Source: Moniliella sp. 'wahieum' (Eukaryota). Taken from it: a stretch of 22,170 nt of DNA. Positions 20,987 through 22,170 of the stretch are shown in pieces. Each line of letters opens with the position of its first letter. The stretch's first letter is position 1. The notes below the pieces were generated by a model that saw only the letters and a list, made by a program, of their open reading frames with translations, ran no database searches and was not told the DNA's origin. The translations under genes and the position numbers were made by a program. The DNA lies in the NCBI GenBank assembly GCA_003971905.1, contig RSEE01000160.1:62001-84170 (forward strand), given 5' to 3'.

Positions 20987-22170
20987 TTAGGCCACGGCAC
21001 TCTTGGGCACCTGGAGCGTGTGAACAGCAAACACCGAGGGGGATGCGAGGGACGAAGCGGCAGAGGAGGAGGAACCGACGGACGACGACGATGCGGCCGA
21101 CGACGACGCAACAGACGAAGAGGAAGGTGTCGAGGACGATTGAGCACGGAAGCCCGACTTGAAGCCCGACTTGGATCCGCGTGGGAAGCCCGAGCTGGAT
21201 CCCGAAGCCGAACCCGAAGCGGAAGCTGAACTGGAAGCTGAACCCGATGCCGAGGAGCCGACAGCCGAGGATGAAGCAGCCGAGGAAGCGACCGAGGAAG
21301 CCTGGCTGTTCACCGCCGTGCCGCTAGCACTGGCAGCCGAGCCGGAACGAGTCCGGGTGACAAAGTGGCTCTGTCCAGCCGAACGCACAGGGGAGGACGA
21401 GGCGGCGACCGAGGAAGAAGTGGGCGACGAAGCTACTGGGCTGCTCGATTCACTGCTCGAGCCCGAGCCCGAACCTGACTCGGACCCGTCCTCATCATCA
21501 CAGTCCTCCGATCCATCTTGCGACTCGTCCGAGCCGTCCGATTCATCCGACTCGTCCGAACCTTCCTCCGAATCGTCACAGTCCTCGGACCCTTCCGAGT
21601 CATCCGAGTCATCCGAACCCTCCGACCCCGAGTCGTCCGAATCGTCACAGTCGTCGTCCGAGCCATCGTCCGATCCCGATCCCGAACCGGCTTGCGGCGT
21701 CCCGCTGCCGCCCGTCGAACCGCCCGGCTGCCCCGACGTCGAGCCACTCGACACACCACCTTGGTTGCCCGAGCCACCCGACACACCGCTGCCCGAAGTC
21801 CCAGAGTTGCCACTGTTGCCCGAGTTGCCCGAGTTGCCCGAGTTGCCCGAGTTACCACCGTTGCCCGAGGGACCAGTGGACGAACCAGACGAGCTACTGG
21901 ACGCGCTCGGCGCAGGAGAGCCAACGGAAGACATGTGTTGGGGACGGTGAATGGAGTGGTGGCCGCCGTGGCCATGGTGGTTCCACCATCCTGCGCTGGG
22001 GCTAGGGCTGGGTGCTGCGACGGAAGAAGGGCTGCCGTCGGAGCCGGTGGAGCCATTGGCCGAACCAGCATTGGATCCGCCTGCTTCACTTCCTTGTCCC
22101 GACTGGCCCGACGTACCGCTCGATCCGCCCTGCGTACCGGAAGACCCCGAGGGGGACGACGAAGGCGAGG
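20987..22170 (-). CDS. 3' part of a low-complexity Ser/Gly/Asp-rich protein (possibly secreted or cell surface); 5' end lies outside the window
   Basis: The frame of ORF 20987-21934 stays open to the window edge (SPSSSPSGSSGTQGG...WWNHHGHGGHH...). Contains GNS repeats, an acidic block with D/EDCDD motifs and Ser/Ala tracts. Confidence 0.75.
   Translation of the reverse strand, partial: SPSSSPSGSSGTQGGSSGTSGQSGQGSEAGGSNAGSANGSTGSDGSPSSVAAPSPSPSAGWWNHHGHGGHHSIHRPQHMSSVGSPAPSASSSSSGSSTGPSGNGGNSGNSGNSGNSGNSGNSGTSGSGVSGGSGNQGGVSSGSTSGQPGGSTGGSGTPQAGSGSGSDDGSDDDCDDSDDSGSEGSDDSDDSEGSEDCDDSEEGSDESDESDGSDESQDGSEDCDDEDGSESGSGSGSSSESSSPVASSPTSSSVAASSSPVRSAGQSHFVTRTRSGSAASASGTAVNSQASSVASSAASSSAVGSSASGSASSSASASGSASGSSSGFPRGSKSGFKSGFRAQSSSTPSSSSVASSSAASSSSVGSSSSAASSLASPSVFAVHTLQVPKSAVA
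21815..21850. repeat. (GTTGCCCGA)x4 tandem repeat encoding (SGN)n
   Basis: Four exact 9-nt copies with degenerate flanking copies. Confidence 0.9.

Noticed and set aside
21159..21950. Plus-strand Glu/Pro/Ser-rich ORF
   Set aside because: Antisense mirror of the longer Ser/Gly-rich minus-strand CDS.
1..22170. CRISPR arrays, prokaryotic defence systems, rRNA, transposase or reverse transcriptase genes
   Set aside because: No repeat-spacer arrays or such coding motifs seen; the sequence is an intron-containing fungal locus.

Overview
GC-rich fungal genomic DNA, most likely a basidiomycete of the Ustilaginomycotina (inferred from protein similarity, short GTACGT/GTATGT introns and CTRAC branch points). 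Gene order: RPS1 (+), then on the minus strand CCT4, ADE13, a four-exon NEDD8/RUB1 gene that the ORF track misses, SER1, RPS8, a three-LIM paxillin-like protein, a seven-exon amino acid permease and the 3' part of a Ser/Gly/Asp-rich protein. Many conserved genes carry small frameshifting indels, and a ~1.67 kb tandem duplication differs almost only by indels, which points to an unpolished long-read assembly rather than pseudogenes. The most notable unexplained signals are a helix-rich, ORF-poor interval between CCT4 and ADE13 (candidate structured ncRNA, possibly telomerase RNA, unproven), a repeated PxIxIT-like plus acidic motif array in the LIM protein, and a shared inverted AACCCTA plus CACGTGA promoter architecture in both ribosomal protein genes. 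I cannot confidently claim a new biological system.
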